62,232 bases of DNA, taken from contig JBBDMM010000006.1 of NCBI GenBank assembly GCA_040878325.1, forward strand, positions 254,418 to 316,649, read 5' to 3'. Position numbers and translations under genes: made by a program. The notes beneath the pieces were generated by a model. That model ran no database searches and was not told the DNA's origin. It saw only the letters and a program-made list of their open reading frames with translations. How positions within the stretch are numbered: position 1 is the stretch's first letter; each line of letters begins with the position of its first letter. Of the stretch, positions 37,922-48,629 are shown in pieces. This DNA comes from Acidimicrobiia bacterium (GTDB lineage: Bacteria > Actinomycetota > Acidimicrobiia > Spongiisociales > UBA11373).

Positions 37922-39096
37922 CGAGGCGAGTGGCCCTGATCGCCTGGGTGGGGGTGGTGGCACTGGCGTACTCGCTGCTGGCCGCGCTGCCCGCCTCCGC
38001 CGATGTCACCGCGGACGAGGTCGCCGCGGCTCGCGATGCCCTGCGCGAGGTGCAGGCGCGACTCGAGGACCAGGTGGGCCGATACGACGACGTGGTGGCC
38101 GAGGAGGCTCTGCTACGAGACCGCCTCGACCGACTACTGGTCGGTCTCGCCGCCCGGGAGCGCGAGCTGGTGATGGCGCGCCGCTCGGCGCGGGATCGTG
38201 CGGCAGAGATGTACATGACCGCCGGGGCGTCGTCTTCGACCGTGCTGACCGATGACTTCGCCCAGGCACCGGCCCGCTATGTGTACCTCGAGTCGGTGTC
38301 ACAGACAGATCGTGATCTCGTCAACCGGCTCGAGGCCTCGCGCCGCGATTACGAGCAGCAGAAGACGCTGGTAGACGATGCGGTGGCGGAACAGGCGCTG
38401 CTCCGCGGGGAGATGGAGACGCTGCTCGAGCAGGTGTATTCGGAGCTCGAGGAGGCGAACGCCGAGTACCAGGCGGTCAGGGACGAGTGGGATGCACAGG
38501 AGGCCGAGCGCATCCGCCGGGAGGAGGAGGAGCAGCGGCGGCTGGAGTTCCTCGCCACCTCGACCACCCTGCCCCCCGCCCCGACTACGACTGCCGGCAC
38601 CGGGACCACCCAGCCTGGGGCGACCTCGACGACCCCGGTGGTGACGACCACCACCCCGCCCCCCGCCCCCACCACGACCGTGCCGCCCCAGCCCCCCGGA
38701 ACCAGGGTCTGCCCCATCGATGGGGCCACTTCATTCACCGATTCTTGGGGCGCCCCCCGACCCGGCGGCCGGTCGCACGCCGGGACCGACCTGCTGGCGG
38801 CCCAGGGCACCCCGCTGGTGGCGATCGAAGGCGGTCACATCTGGAGCCCCAATTGGCACAGCGCCGGCGGCCTGGGGCTCTACATCCGGGGTGACAGCGG
38901 AGACCGCTGGTATTACGCCCACCTGAACTCCTATGTCACCGGACTGGTCGACGGGCTTCGAGTGGAGGCGGGTCAGCGAGTCGGTTTCGTGGGGCAGACG
39001 GGCAACGCCAGCACCCCCCACCTCCATCTCGGTTGGCAGCCCGGGGGAGGGGCATATCAGAACCCCTACAGCGTCGTAAAGGGCCTCTGCGGATGA
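37918..39096 (+). CDS. Secreted coiled-coil M23 peptidase
   Basis: Signal peptide, coiled coil, Thr/Pro linker, HAGTD, YYAHL, PHLH. Confidence 0.9.
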   Translation: MTRRVALIAWVGVVALAYSLLAALPASADVTADEVAAARDALREVQARLEDQVGRYDDVVAEEALLRDRLDRLLVGLAARERELVMARRSARDRAAEMYMTAGASSSTVLTDDFAQAPARYVYLESVSQTDRDLVNRLEASRRDYEQQKTLVDDAVAEQALLRGEMETLLEQVYSELEEANAEYQAVRDEWDAQEAERIRREEEEQRRLEFLATSTTLPPAPTTTAGTGTTQPGATSTTPVVTTTTPPPAPTTTVPPQPPGTRVCPIDGATSFTDSWGAPRPGGRSHAGTDLLAAQGTPLVAIEGGHIWSPNWHSAGGLGLYIRGDSGDRWYYAHLNSYVTGLVDGLRVEAGQRVGFVGQTGNASTPHLHLGWQPGGGAYQNPYSVVKGLCG

Positions 39097-39163
39097 TCGG
39101 AGGCGGTCGGCGACGGCTGGCGTCGCCTAGGCGGAGGGGACAGTTAGTGTTCCGCCCGAACGA

Positions 39164-40264
39164 ATGGGAGCGATCCTAAGAGTGCGCAGGGTTGTCACGG
39201 TGCTGGTGGGCGTGCTCCTCGTGGTCACGGCCGGACCGGTCGGCGCGGAAGTGACCCGATCGGAGCTCGAAGAGGCACGCAACAAGGTCAACGAGCAGTC
39301 GTCTGCTCTCGAGGACGAACTCGAGCGGCTCGACGCCATCCTCTCCCAGCAGGCCGACTACGAGGCCCGGATCGGGCGCATCCAGAAGGAGATGGCCGAT
39401 CGTGATCGTCAGATCGTGATCGCCGGCTTCGCCGCTCGAGATCGCGCCCGGGAGATGTACATCAGCGCCGGTGGTGGTGTCACGGGGTCGACGGTGTCCC
39501 CCGAAGGCGTGGCCAGGAACGAGACCAAGACCGCCTATCTCGACGTCGTCGTCGACACCGACAACAACGCGGTCAACGAACTGCTCTTCCTTCAAGAGGA
39601 CCGGGCCTCTCTCGCCGCCCAGTTCGAGTCGCTCCTCGCCCAGCAGGAGGAGCTCGCCGCCGAAGTGGCCGAGATCACCGAACGCCTCACCGAGCAGCTC
39701 GGGCAGTACAACGACGAGTATCAGGCGCTCTACAGCCAATGGGAGACCGAAGAGGCCGCCCGTCGCCGGGCGGCTGATTTGGCGCGCCAGCGGGCCAACG
39801 CGGCGGCTGCCGCGGCGGCCGCCCAGAGCTCCGGATTCGCCAGCAGCGCCTTTGTCGATGCTTCGGGCCGCACTTGTCCGGTGGCGGGTGCCAATGCCTT
39901 TCGCGACTCCTGGCTCGAACCCCGCCCCTACCGGGGTGGCTATCACCACGGAACCGACCTGATCGCCGCCCCCGGGACCCCGTTGGTGGCGATAGAGAAT
40001 GGCTACATCTACAGCAGGGGCTTTCACTGGGCGGGGGGCAACGGGCTGTACATCCGGGGCGACAGTGGCGACGTGTATTACTACGCCCACTTGCAGGGCT
40101 TTGCCTCGGGCACCACTCCGGGCAGCCGGGTCGTCGTCAAGCAGATCGTCGGTTGGGTGGGGAGCACCGGGGCGACGAGCACCCCCCACCTCCATCTCGG
40201 ATTCCAACCGGGCGGCGGCGCGCTCACCAATCCCTATCAGCTGTTGCTCAAGGTCTGCCGGTAG
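39164..40264 (+). CDS. Secreted coiled-coil M23 peptidase (paralog)
   Basis: HHGTD, YYAHL, PHLH; start may be GTG 39182. Confidence 0.9.
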   Translation: MGAILRVRRVVTVLVGVLLVVTAGPVGAEVTRSELEEARNKVNEQSSALEDELERLDAILSQQADYEARIGRIQKEMADRDRQIVIAGFAARDRAREMYISAGGGVTGSTVSPEGVARNETKTAYLDVVVDTDNNAVNELLFLQEDRASLAAQFESLLAQQEELAAEVAEITERLTEQLGQYNDEYQALYSQWETEEAARRRAADLARQRANAAAAAAAAQSSGFASSAFVDASGRTCPVAGANAFRDSWLEPRPYRGGYHHGTDLIAAPGTPLVAIENGYIYSRGFHWAGGNGLYIRGDSGDVYYYAHLQGFASGTTPGSRVVVKQIVGWVGSTGATSTPHLHLGFQPGGGALTNPYQLLLKVCR

Positions 40265-40280
40265 GCGGCGTCGCAGGGTC

Positions 40281-40562
40281 TCAGCGCGGCTCGTCGGGGG
40301 ACTTGCCAGGCCGGGGTTTATCACCGGTCTTCGTCTGGTTGCCGCGGGCCTTCTCGGACGAGCGCTCTTCGATCACATGCTCCATCGAGGGTTGGTAGAC
40401 CGTCTCGAGGAGCCCGAGCGTCCCGATGCCACGGGGCCGGGGGTTGTGCTTGTTGTAGACCCACCCGCGTTCCCCGGCGATGCGCGAGTTCGACGCCCAC
40501 ACGACGAACCCGATGAAACCGAAGACCAGGACGATGGCGCCGACGACGAAGAAGCCTGACAT
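40281..40562 (-). CDS. Small membrane-anchored hypothetical protein
   Basis: GGAG RBS, N-terminal TM helix, operon position. Confidence 0.6.
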   Translation of the reverse strand: MSGFFVVGAIVLVFGFIGFVVWASNSRIAGERGWVYNKHNPRPRGIGTLGLLETVYQPSMEHVIEERSSEKARGNQTKTGDKPRPGKSPDEPR

Positions 40563-40570
40563 TTCTCCGC

Positions 40571-40804
40571 CTACGACCGCTCGCCGACCTGGCGGCGCAC
40601 TGCCCACCCGACTGCGAACCCGAAGGCGGCGTTGATGACACCGAGGGCGGCCGCAGTCACGAGGTCAGCCGGCGACGAACCGGACCCCTCGAAGAGGACC
40701 AGGGTCAGCAGCCAGCCCACCGAGATGCCGGCCACAACCCAACCGGCGCGAGCCGGCCAGAGAATCGCCCCGAGGAATGCGGTCAGCAGGACGGTTGGAA
40801 TCAC
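40571..40804 (-). CDS. Small membrane protein
   Basis: AGGAG RBS; three hydrophobic segments. Confidence 0.6.
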   Translation of the reverse strand: MIPTVLLTAFLGAILWPARAGWVVAGISVGWLLTLVLFEGSGSSPADLVTAAALGVINAAFGFAVGWAVRRQVGERS

Positions 40805-40838
40805 CGGGGCTCCTGAATGTCCCGAAGGCTTCTCCCCG

Positions 40839-41981
40839 TCACGCAGGGCCCTCCAACTGTTCGAGCAGGACGGCGATGCGGGCGGTGCAGGTCTCGTCTT
40901 CGGCGGGGGGAACCAGTTCCACGATGCGGGCAGCCGCGGCGATCAACGCCTGAGCGGAGGGCGCTTCCGGGTGGGCGCTCACCACCGGCTGGCCGTGGTC
41001 GCCTCCGGATACGACCATCGGGTCGAGGGGGATGCTGGCGATTAGGGGCACGCCGAGGTCGTCGGCGAGCGCCTTGCCGCCGCCGGACCCGAACAATTCG
41101 TAATGGCGACCGTCCTCGGTGGTGAAGCCGGACATGTTCTCGATCACCCCGACCACCGGCATATACGAGCGGCGGGCCATGTCGGCGACGCGTGCCGCCA
41201 CCTTCTGGGCGGCTAGCTGCGGGGTCGTCACGACCACCATCTCTGCCTGGGGGAGCAGGCGGGCGAGTGCCATCTGGATGTCGCCGGTGCCGGGTGGCAT
41301 GTCGAGCACCAGGTAGTCGAGACCGCGATCCCACGCCACGTCCTGGAGGAACTGCTCGAGTGCCTTTGTGAGCATGAGGCCCCGCCACATGAGGGCCGTC
41401 TCCTCGTCGTCGACCAACAGGCCTGTGGAGACGAGTTGAAGCCCATCGACGTCGATGGGGATGATCTTGCGGTCCTCGTTCGCCTCCAGGCGCTCACTCA
41501 CCCCCAACATCCGCGGCACCGAAAACCCCCAGATGTCGGCGTCGAGAAGCCCTACGGCGAATCCGGCGCGCTGCATCGCGACGGCGAGGTTGACCGCGAT
41601 GGACGACTTGCCGACACCCCCCTTGCCGGATCCGACGGCGATCACTCTGGTCAGGGGGCTGACCATGGTGGGGTTGGCGTTCTCCCGGGCCCGCTTGCGG
41701 GCGACAGCCATGAGCTCGGTGCGCTGCCGGCTGGTCATCGCGGTGACTTCCACCTCGGTCTTCTCGATGCCGGGGAGGGCACCCACTTTGCGCCTGACGT
41801 CGTTTTCGATCTGGTCGCGCATCGGGCATGCCGCGATCGTGAGAGCGATCTTCACGGTCGCCACGCCGTCCATGACCGTGATGCCGCGGATCATCCCCAA
41901 CTCGACGACGTCGCCGCCGAGTTCCGGATCGACGACTCCGCGCAACGCGGCTTCGACGTCTGCTGGGGTTGCGGTGGCCAT
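40839..41981 (-). CDS. mrp: Mrp/NBP35 (ApbC) Fe-S cluster carrier ATPase
   Basis: DUF59-like DPELG, GKGGVGKSS, DADIWG, DMPPGTGD, ENMS. Confidence 0.92.
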   Translation of the reverse strand: MATATPADVEAALRGVVDPELGGDVVELGMIRGITVMDGVATVKIALTIAACPMRDQIENDVRRKVGALPGIEKTEVEVTAMTSRQRTELMAVARKRARENANPTMVSPLTRVIAVGSGKGGVGKSSIAVNLAVAMQRAGFAVGLLDADIWGFSVPRMLGVSERLEANEDRKIIPIDVDGLQLVSTGLLVDDEETALMWRGLMLTKALEQFLQDVAWDRGLDYLVLDMPPGTGDIQMALARLLPQAEMVVVTTPQLAAQKVAARVADMARRSYMPVVGVIENMSGFTTEDGRHYELFGSGGGKALADDLGVPLIASIPLDPMVVSGGDHGQPVVSAHPEAPSAQALIAAAARIVELVPPAEDETCTARIAVLLEQLEGPA

Positions 41982-42081
41982 GTGGGTCTTCAAGGTACTG
42001 CCTGGTGTCGTGGACTCGTCCGGTGGGAATCAACCCGTTGCCGGTATAGTTAGACAACACGAGACCCGATCAGGAGCTTCC

Positions 42082-42441
42082 ATGCAGGGCCTTTCCATTA
42101 CCCCCCGCGCTTCGGCGCCCAAGGTCACGCTCACTTCGGCCGCCGCCGCCAAGGTTGCCGAACTGATTGAGCGCGAGGATGAGAAAGATCTCGTACTCCG
42201 TATTGGCGTCCGCGCCGGCGGGTGCTCGGGCTTCTCCTACGAGATGTTCTTCGACTCCACGGTCAGCGAGTCCGACTTCATCGCCGAGACCGACGGGGTG
42301 AAGATGGCCGTCGACCCGGAGAGTCTCGAAATGCTCAAGGGGGCGTCGGTGGATTACCGCGACGGCCTCCAGGGCGCCGGATTCCACATCGAGAATCCGA
42401 ACGTTTCCCGCTCGTGCGGGTGCGGCAACTCCTTCTCTTAG
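42082..42441 (+). CDS. A-type Fe-S carrier (IscA/ErpA/HesB family)
   Basis: GGCSG, NPN, CGCGNSF; AGGAG RBS. Confidence 0.93.
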   Translation: MQGLSITPRASAPKVTLTSAAAAKVAELIEREDEKDLVLRIGVRAGGCSGFSYEMFFDSTVSESDFIAETDGVKMAVDPESLEMLKGASVDYRDGLQGAGFHIENPNVSRSCGCGNSFS

Positions 42442-42556
42442 AGGGCTGCCGGCTCTTAAAGGGCTGCCCGCTGCCCGCTGCCCGCAAGAAACTAGAAGAC
42501 GCGTGGCGGGTTCGATGGACTTTCCTGCCAATCGCCAATCGCCAATCGCCAATCGC
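42435..42556. repeat. 16-bp near-duplication plus heptamer arrays GCTGCCC x3 and GCCAATC x4
   Basis: CTCTTAGAGGGCTGCC / CTCTTAAAGGGCTGCC; GCTGCCC x3 GCAAGA; GCCAATC x4. Confidence 0.85.
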
Positions 42557-42558
42557 GG

Positions 42559-43527
42559 TCAAATCTCCCGCAGATAGTGAACATTCCGCGACGCCACCTC
42601 GAACCCGAGCCGGCGATACACCTCGGTGGCACTGGTGTGGCTGGTCTCGTCCACCTCGAGGGCGGCCGCGCTCAGCCCGCTCTCCCGGGCGCCAGCCATC
42701 GACCGGGTGAGCAGGTGGGAGGCGATCCGCTGGCGGCGGTGAGTCCTAACCGTGCCAACCCGTTCGACGTAGACCTCCTCGACCCCCTTCTCGGCGTTCG
42801 ATTCGGGGTCGACTTCGCACAGGCAGATCGCCACCACTTCCCCGTCGGCCAATGCGAGGAAGGAGAGGTCGGGGCGAAACTGCTCGGACTCGGCGTAGGC
42901 CGTGCGCCACTGCTCGGCGCTGACCGGCAGGCTCCCCCAGTGGTCAGCGAAGGAGTTGTTGTTGGCTACCCGCGCCCCCTCTGCCCATTCTGCCGCCCAC
43001 GGGACCACTGAGACCCCGGTGGGGAGGGGAGGGGACTCGGGCAGATCTTCGAGCGGCCGGGTCATCGTCACGAACGACCTGCCGACCTCCAGCCCCGACG
43101 CCTCGATGACCGCGCGGTGGCGGGCGCGGTGTTCTTCGGTCGGCACGCGGATCGAGCGCGGCAACCCTGCGGCGGTTGCTCCCAGGCCCTCGATGGCCCT
43201 GGCGGTGGCCCACTGGAGCAGAGAGGGTTCCAGCTCGTGATGCCCGGGCCCGGTCTCTGCCCAGACAAAGGCGCGGCCGCCCTGGTCGGTCACCTGTATC
43301 CACGCTCCGCCGTCGGCCACGATGCGACCCTCGGCATCTACCGCCACCGTCCAATCGGTGGCGGGATCGAATTCGGCCTGCCCCATCAGCCATCGATAGA
43401 ACGAGGGGCCGGGCACGAACTCGAGCCGTTCCGCCTCGTGGATCCTCTTGGTGAGCGCCACGAGCGCGTCGGCATCGTCAGGAGTCGGAGCGCGCCAGGT
43501 CAGACCGGAGGTGGTGGGGAGAGCCAT
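42559..43527 (-). CDS. Tandem GNAT acetyltransferase
   Basis: FADHWG, VGTVRTHRRQRIA, LEVD, YRRLGF. Confidence 0.85.
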   Translation of the reverse strand: MALPTTSGLTWRAPTPDDADALVALTKRIHEAERLEFVPGPSFYRWLMGQAEFDPATDWTVAVDAEGRIVADGGAWIQVTDQGGRAFVWAETGPGHHELEPSLLQWATARAIEGLGATAAGLPRSIRVPTEEHRARHRAVIEASGLEVGRSFVTMTRPLEDLPESPPLPTGVSVVPWAAEWAEGARVANNNSFADHWGSLPVSAEQWRTAYAESEQFRPDLSFLALADGEVVAICLCEVDPESNAEKGVEEVYVERVGTVRTHRRQRIASHLLTRSMAGARESGLSAAALEVDETSHTSATEVYRRLGFEVASRNVHYLREI

Positions 43528-43572
43528 GCTCGGCGGGAGAGTACCGGTCGTTTAGCGGGTGCCGTCGGCGCC

Positions 43573-45738
43573 TTACGAGCCATATCGTCTCAGCCGCAGC
43601 GAGTTGCTGACCACGCTGACGCTGGAGAACGCCATGGCCCCGGCGGCGATCATCGGGTTGAGGAGGCCGAGGGCTGCCAGAGGGATCGCGGCGATGTTGT
43701 AGGCGAAGGCCCAGGCCAGGTTCTGCCGGATGACCCGGAAGGTGGCCCCCGCCAGGCCGAGGGCGACTTCGGCGAGGGCGGGGTCACCCGACATGAGCAC
43801 CACGTCGCCGGCTTCGATGGCGACGTCGGAGCCAGTGCCGATGGCGATGCCGAGATCAGCGCGGGTGAGGGCGGGGGCATCGTTGACGCCGTCGCCGACG
43901 AACGCCACCTTGCGGCCTGCGGCCTGAAGGCGGGCGACCTCCTCGGACTTTTCACCAGGGAGCACCTCGGCGATGACCCGGCCGATGCCGACCGTCTCGG
44001 CGATCGCCATCGCGGTACGGCGGTTGTCGCCCGTGATCATGATCACCTCGACCCCCCTGTCCTGGAGGGCGCGCACCGTCGGCTCGGCAGTGGGGCGCAC
44101 CGTGTCCGCTACGCCGAGGGCTGCGCGGACCTCCCCATCCCAACCGGCGAGGAAGGCGGTGAGACCGCGTCCCTCCATCGCGACCATCGCCTCCTCGTAC
44201 TTCTCCGCGCCGCCAAATCCGGCCTCGGCCATCAGTTTCGGTCTCCCCACGGTCACCGCAATGCCGTCGACGGTTCCGCGCAGCCCCAGCCCGGGCAGGT
44301 TCTCAAAGGTGCTGGGGCGTACCAGGGTCGTGCCGCGCTCTTCGGCTCCCAGGGCCACGGCCCTGCCGATCGGATGCTCGCTGGCCCCCTCGACGGATCC
44401 GACCAGATGAAGGACCCGGGGTTCCGCCTCGTCGGTCACCAACTCGGCGAGCGTCATCGCGCCGCGGGTGAGGGTTCCGGTCTTGTCGAAGACCACTGTG
44501 TCGATCGATCTGGTGCGTTCGAAGACGTCGGCGTTGCGGAACAGCACGCCCAACTCGGCCCCGCGTCCGCTGCCAACCATGATCGCGGTGGGGGTGGCCA
44601 ACCCGAGGGCGCACGGGCACGCGATGATGAGGACCGCCACCGAGGCTCGCAGCGCGGAGACGACCTCCCCATCGATCGCCATCCACGCGACGAAGGTGCC
44701 GGCTGCGATCAACATGACGATCGGCACGAAGATGCCTGAGATACGGTCGGCGAGGTGCTGAATCGGCGCTTTGGTCGCCTGGGCGTCCTCCACCAGACGG
44801 ACGATCTGGGCGAGTGCCGTGTCCGACCCGACCCGGGTCGCCTCGACGACGATGTTCCCCTGCTGATTTATTGTTGCACCGAAAACTTCGTTGCCAGGTC
44901 CCTTGCTGACCGGCATCGACTCACCGGTGAGCATGCTTTCGTCGAATGACGACTCTCCTTCGACGATTCGGGCGTCGGTGGGGACCTTTTCCCCCGGACG
45001 GACGACCAATCGGTCACCCGGCATCACCTGATCTACGGGGATGGTGACTTCACGGCCGTCACGAATCACCCGCGCCTCCTTGGCGCCCAATTCGAGGAGC
45101 CTGGTGATTGCACTCGAGGCGCGGCCCTTGCTACGCGACTCGAAGAACCGCCCGAGAAGGATCAGAGTGATGATGACGGCGGCCGTCTCGAAGAACAGGT
45201 GTTCTCCGGCGAAGAAGGCCCACACCGAATACCCGTACGCGGCCAGCGTGCCCATCGAGACGAGCGTGTCCATGTTGGCCGAGAAGGAACGGAGGCGGAC
45301 AGTGGCGGCCCGATGGAACTGCCACCCGAACACGAACTCGACGGGGGTGGTCAGCGCCCACGCGACTATCCCCACCCACCTGGCTTCCGGCCCGAACATC
45401 GACAAGGCCACCACCGGGACTGTCAGCACCGCGGCAGAAATCGCGTTGCGGGCCTGATACCGGGTTTCGGCGTCATACCGGTCGGCGAGGCTCTCCCGCT
45501 CGCTGTCCTTCTCGATCACCGAGGCGCGGTAGCCGATCTTGGATACGGCTTCGCTCAGCGCCGCAAGGTCGACGGTCGGCCCCACCACCAATCGCGCCTC
45601 CTGGCCCGCCAGGGAGACCACCGCCGACTCCACCCCGGGTTGTTTGGACAGGACGCGTTCGACCCGCACCGCGCAGGATGCGCAAGTCATCCCCTCGACG
45701 TCGAACAGCACCGACGTGCCGTTTTTGGTATCGGTCAT
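43573..45738 (-). CDS. copA: Copper-translocating P1B-type ATPase
   Basis: GMTCASC, TGES, CPC, DKTGTLT, SEHP, GDGVND, YN and MAFSS motifs. Confidence 0.95.
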   Translation of the reverse strand: MTDTKNGTSVLFDVEGMTCASCAVRVERVLSKQPGVESAVVSLAGQEARLVVGPTVDLAALSEAVSKIGYRASVIEKDSERESLADRYDAETRYQARNAISAAVLTVPVVALSMFGPEARWVGIVAWALTTPVEFVFGWQFHRAATVRLRSFSANMDTLVSMGTLAAYGYSVWAFFAGEHLFFETAAVIITLILLGRFFESRSKGRASSAITRLLELGAKEARVIRDGREVTIPVDQVMPGDRLVVRPGEKVPTDARIVEGESSFDESMLTGESMPVSKGPGNEVFGATINQQGNIVVEATRVGSDTALAQIVRLVEDAQATKAPIQHLADRISGIFVPIVMLIAAGTFVAWMAIDGEVVSALRASVAVLIIACPCALGLATPTAIMVGSGRGAELGVLFRNADVFERTRSIDTVVFDKTGTLTRGAMTLAELVTDEAEPRVLHLVGSVEGASEHPIGRAVALGAEERGTTLVRPSTFENLPGLGLRGTVDGIAVTVGRPKLMAEAGFGGAEKYEEAMVAMEGRGLTAFLAGWDGEVRAALGVADTVRPTAEPTVRALQDRGVEVIMITGDNRRTAMAIAETVGIGRVIAEVLPGEKSEEVARLQAAGRKVAFVGDGVNDAPALTRADLGIAIGTGSDVAIEAGDVVLMSGDPALAEVALGLAGATFRVIRQNLAWAFAYNIAAIPLAALGLLNPMIAAGAMAFSSVSVVSNSLRLRRYGS

Positions 45739-45779
45739 GTTGGTCCTCAGCCCCAGTCAGGCTCTAGCGGGCAGCGGGC

Positions 45780-45992
45780 TCAGGCCTGTGCCGGGACTTC
45801 GTATCCCTGGCTTTCGATGGCGCCGACGATGTCGTCGAGCGTCGCCGGGTCGCCGAACGCCACCGAAACGGTGGCCTTGTCGACGTCCACGGTTGCCCGC
45901 TCCACGCCGGGTATGGCGGATACGGCACCCTCGATCGACATCTTGCAGTGGTCGCAGTGGATCTCGGGCACCGAGAGCGTGTTCTCGGTCAT
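45780..45992 (-). CDS. copZ: Copper chaperone (HMA domain)
   Basis: IHCDHC; GAGG RBS; directly upstream of copA. Confidence 0.9.
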   Translation of the reverse strand: MTENTLSVPEIHCDHCKMSIEGAVSAIPGVERATVDVDKATVSVAFGDPATLDDIVGAIESQGYEVPAQA

Positions 45993-46086
45993 GGATCTCC
46001 CTCTCGTGTTGTGGTTCGGCGGATGGTGCTGGCACCCGTTACTCATGAAACCACGTTCAGGGCGGGATCATGCCCGAGGGATCGAG

Positions 46087-47415
46087 TCACGAGAGCGTCT
46101 CGCCGTCGACGAGCCCGAGGCGGAATGCGAGCGAGCGGATGGGTTCCACGTCGGCGGCGAGCAGTTCGGGGCGGGCTTCGAGCCCCTCGACGACCAGCCG
46201 GGCCTCGACGCGCAACGGCTCGGCTCGATCGGGGAGTTCCTCGGTTTCCAGGTGGTCGCGGAGTGCGCCGAGGGCCTCGATCAAGGTTTCCGCCACCGCT
46301 GGTTGGGTGGTCGAAGCCACGCGGATCTCCGCAAACGCGTGGCGAACCCAGTCAGAACGGCTCCATGACTGGGGGAGGAAGAGGCGTTCGCCAGAGTCGG
46401 TGTGGAGTACGCGGGGCGGAAGGTCGCGCACCAACACCTCGCGCAGGATCGCCATCAGGTTGAGGATCACCTCGTTGGCGGTCGTCGGATCGTTGATTCC
46501 GGGAGAGAGGGCACGCAGGGCAATATCGACGAGTTGCCTGATCCCGAACGTGGCGTCGGTCCGGGCCCGCCGCCGTTCGCCCACAGAGAACTGGCGCCGG
46601 AACAGTGCCTCGTCGACGTCGACACCCTCCTCGAGCGGCCAGATGGTGATCAGGGGCGACCCGACGGCGACAAATCCCCCGACGGTGGTGTCGAGGCGGG
46701 CGAATGCGCCGGGTGGGATGGCGAGCAGCAGGTGTTCGGTGCGCACGGCCAGCACCCAGCCGTCGGTGGAGCTCGTGACGGTGACCGACTCGCCCCCGGG
46801 CAGGGGCGTCGGCTCGGAGGCGAGCTCGATCGGCGTACCTCGTTCGGGCATATAGGACCTGACACGGGAAAGCGTCTCATCGGTGGTGCGACGGATGATC
46901 TCGCCCACTTGCATCACCTGGATGCTGCGGTCGATGAACGCCACGATTGCCAGCACAGACACCAGCGCCAGGACGAGGGCAAGGGTGACGGCGAACGATC
47001 GGTAGGCGCCGACGGCTTCGGGGCCGGGATCGATGCGGATCCGGCTCAGCACGAGGAGCGTGTAGGTGAACGATCCAACCACGATGCCGATCACCGTCTG
47101 CTGGAACCGGGTTCCGAACACCGTGGGCACCACCCGCGGCGAGAACTGGCTGGAGGCGAGCTGCACCGCAACCACCGTTATGGAGATGACGATTCCTGCC
47201 ACGGTGATTGTGGCCGCCGCTGCCGTGGTGAGAATGGCCCGGGCGCTGCCGACGGTCGTCATCAGCAGGAAGGGGGTCCCGTCGATGGTTTCCCGGAAGT
47301 TGGTGTCGATCCACGAGGTGGCGACGGCGAGGAGGATGGCCACGACGATCCCGAACAGCGGCACGTAGAAGAGGCTGTCGCGAATCTTGTCGCCGATGCG
47401 CAATCGTTCGGCCAT
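46087..47415 (-). CDS. DUF2254 family membrane protein
   Basis: QLASSQFSPR, LVDIALRALSPGINDPTTA. Confidence 0.88.
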   Translation of the reverse strand: MAERLRIGDKIRDSLFYVPLFGIVVAILLAVATSWIDTNFRETIDGTPFLLMTTVGSARAILTTAAAATITVAGIVISITVVAVQLASSQFSPRVVPTVFGTRFQQTVIGIVVGSFTYTLLVLSRIRIDPGPEAVGAYRSFAVTLALVLALVSVLAIVAFIDRSIQVMQVGEIIRRTTDETLSRVRSYMPERGTPIELASEPTPLPGGESVTVTSSTDGWVLAVRTEHLLLAIPPGAFARLDTTVGGFVAVGSPLITIWPLEEGVDVDEALFRRQFSVGERRRARTDATFGIRQLVDIALRALSPGINDPTTANEVILNLMAILREVLVRDLPPRVLHTDSGERLFLPQSWSRSDWVRHAFAEIRVASTTQPAVAETLIEALGALRDHLETEELPDRAEPLRVEARLVVEGLEARPELLAADVEPIRSLAFRLGLVDGETLS

Positions 47416-47437
47416 CAGAGAAAGGGTAGGCGGGGGA

Positions 47438-47550
47438 GGGGGAGGTGGCGCCGTCCGAAGGGCGGTGACGGAGGGGCCGTGCGGTGGCCCGACGCGCCCA
47501 CCCTCGTCGCCAATCGCCAATCGCCAATCGCCAATCGCCAATCGCCCAAT
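47438..47550. repeat. REP family A copy plus heptamer array CGCCAAT x5
   Basis: 46/47 identity to 10129-10175; CGCCAAT tandem array from about 47508. Confidence 0.88.
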
Positions 47551-47672
47551 CAGGCTGACGTTGGGGCCGTCAGCGGGTCGTGTCGTGCCGATTTCGGCCG
47601 TTAGGGTCGAACGAAGCGTTACCTCGACCGTTTCCGTATTGCGCATTTGCGCTCTCTCCTAACCTCGGGATC

Positions 47673-48629
47673 GTGCAGATTCACCCCGACATCGTCTCGG
47701 CCATCGGGAACACCCCGCTGGTGCGGCTCTCCCGGTTGCATCCTCCGGGCAATCTCGTCGCCAAGATCGAGTACACCAACCCCGGCGGGTCGATCAAGGA
47801 CCGCATCGGGCTGGGCATGATCGAGCGGGCGGAACGGGAGGGAACGCTCCACCCGGGCGACACGATCGTCGAACCGACGAGCGGCAACACCGGGGTCGGC
47901 CTGGCGATGGCGGCGGCGATCAAGGGCTACCGACTGATCGCGGTGATGGCCGACAAGCAGTCGAAGGAGAAGCAGGATCTCCTGCGAGCGTTCGGGGCGG
48001 AGGTGTTGGTGTGCCCCACCGAGGTGGCGCCAGACGATCCCACCTCCTACTACTCGGTGGCCGAACGCCTCGCTTCTCAGCCGGGCCACTTCCGCCCCGA
48101 TCAGTATTCGAACCCGGCGAATCCCGAGGCGCACTACCGGGCCACCGGACCGGAGTTGTGGAAGCAGACCGACGGGCAGGTCGGCGTCCTTGTCGTCGGC
48201 GTCGGGACGGGCGGCACGATCACCGGCATGGGGCGGTACTTGAAGGAGCAGAACCCCGGGATCAGGGTGGTGGGAGTCGACCCCGAGGGGTCGATCTACA
48301 CGGCGGCGTCGGAGGACGACGTGACCTCCTACCTGATCGAGGGCGTCGGGGAGGACTTCTGGCCTGAGGCGTTCGACCGCTCCGTGGTCGACGAGTACGA
48401 GATGGTGGGGGACAAGGATGCGTTTCTGATGGCGCGGCGGGTGGTGCGGGAAGAGGGAGTCTTCGTGGGGGGTTCGGGGGGTATGGCCCTTGTTGGCGCC
48501 CTGCGTTCTGCCGTGAGGTATCCCGACGACCTCGTGGTCGTGGTGATCCCCGACAGCGGCCGCAGCTACATCTCGAAGATCTTCGACGACGAATGGATGG
48601 CGGCGCGGGGCATGCTGGAGGAATCGTGA
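47673..48629 (+). CDS. Cystathionine beta-synthase / cysteine synthase family PLP enzyme (no CBS domains)
   Basis: NPGGSIKDR, EPTSGNTG, GTGGT, EGVG, PDSGRSYISK. Confidence 0.9.
   Translation: MQIHPDIVSAIGNTPLVRLSRLHPPGNLVAKIEYTNPGGSIKDRIGLGMIERAEREGTLHPGDTIVEPTSGNTGVGLAMAAAIKGYRLIAVMADKQSKEKQDLLRAFGAEVLVCPTEVAPDDPTSYYSVAERLASQPGHFRPDQYSNPANPEAHYRATGPELWKQTDGQVGVLVVGVGTGGTITGMGRYLKEQNPGIRVVGVDPEGSIYTAASEDDVTSYLIEGVGEDFWPEAFDRSVVDEYEMVGDKDAFLMARRVVREEGVFVGGSGGMALVGALRSAVRYPDDLVVVVIPDSGRSYISKIFDDEWMAARGMLEES

Noticed and set aside
42082..42441. HesB-like selenoprotein
   Set aside because: All three conserved positions are Cys codons and there is no in-frame UGA.
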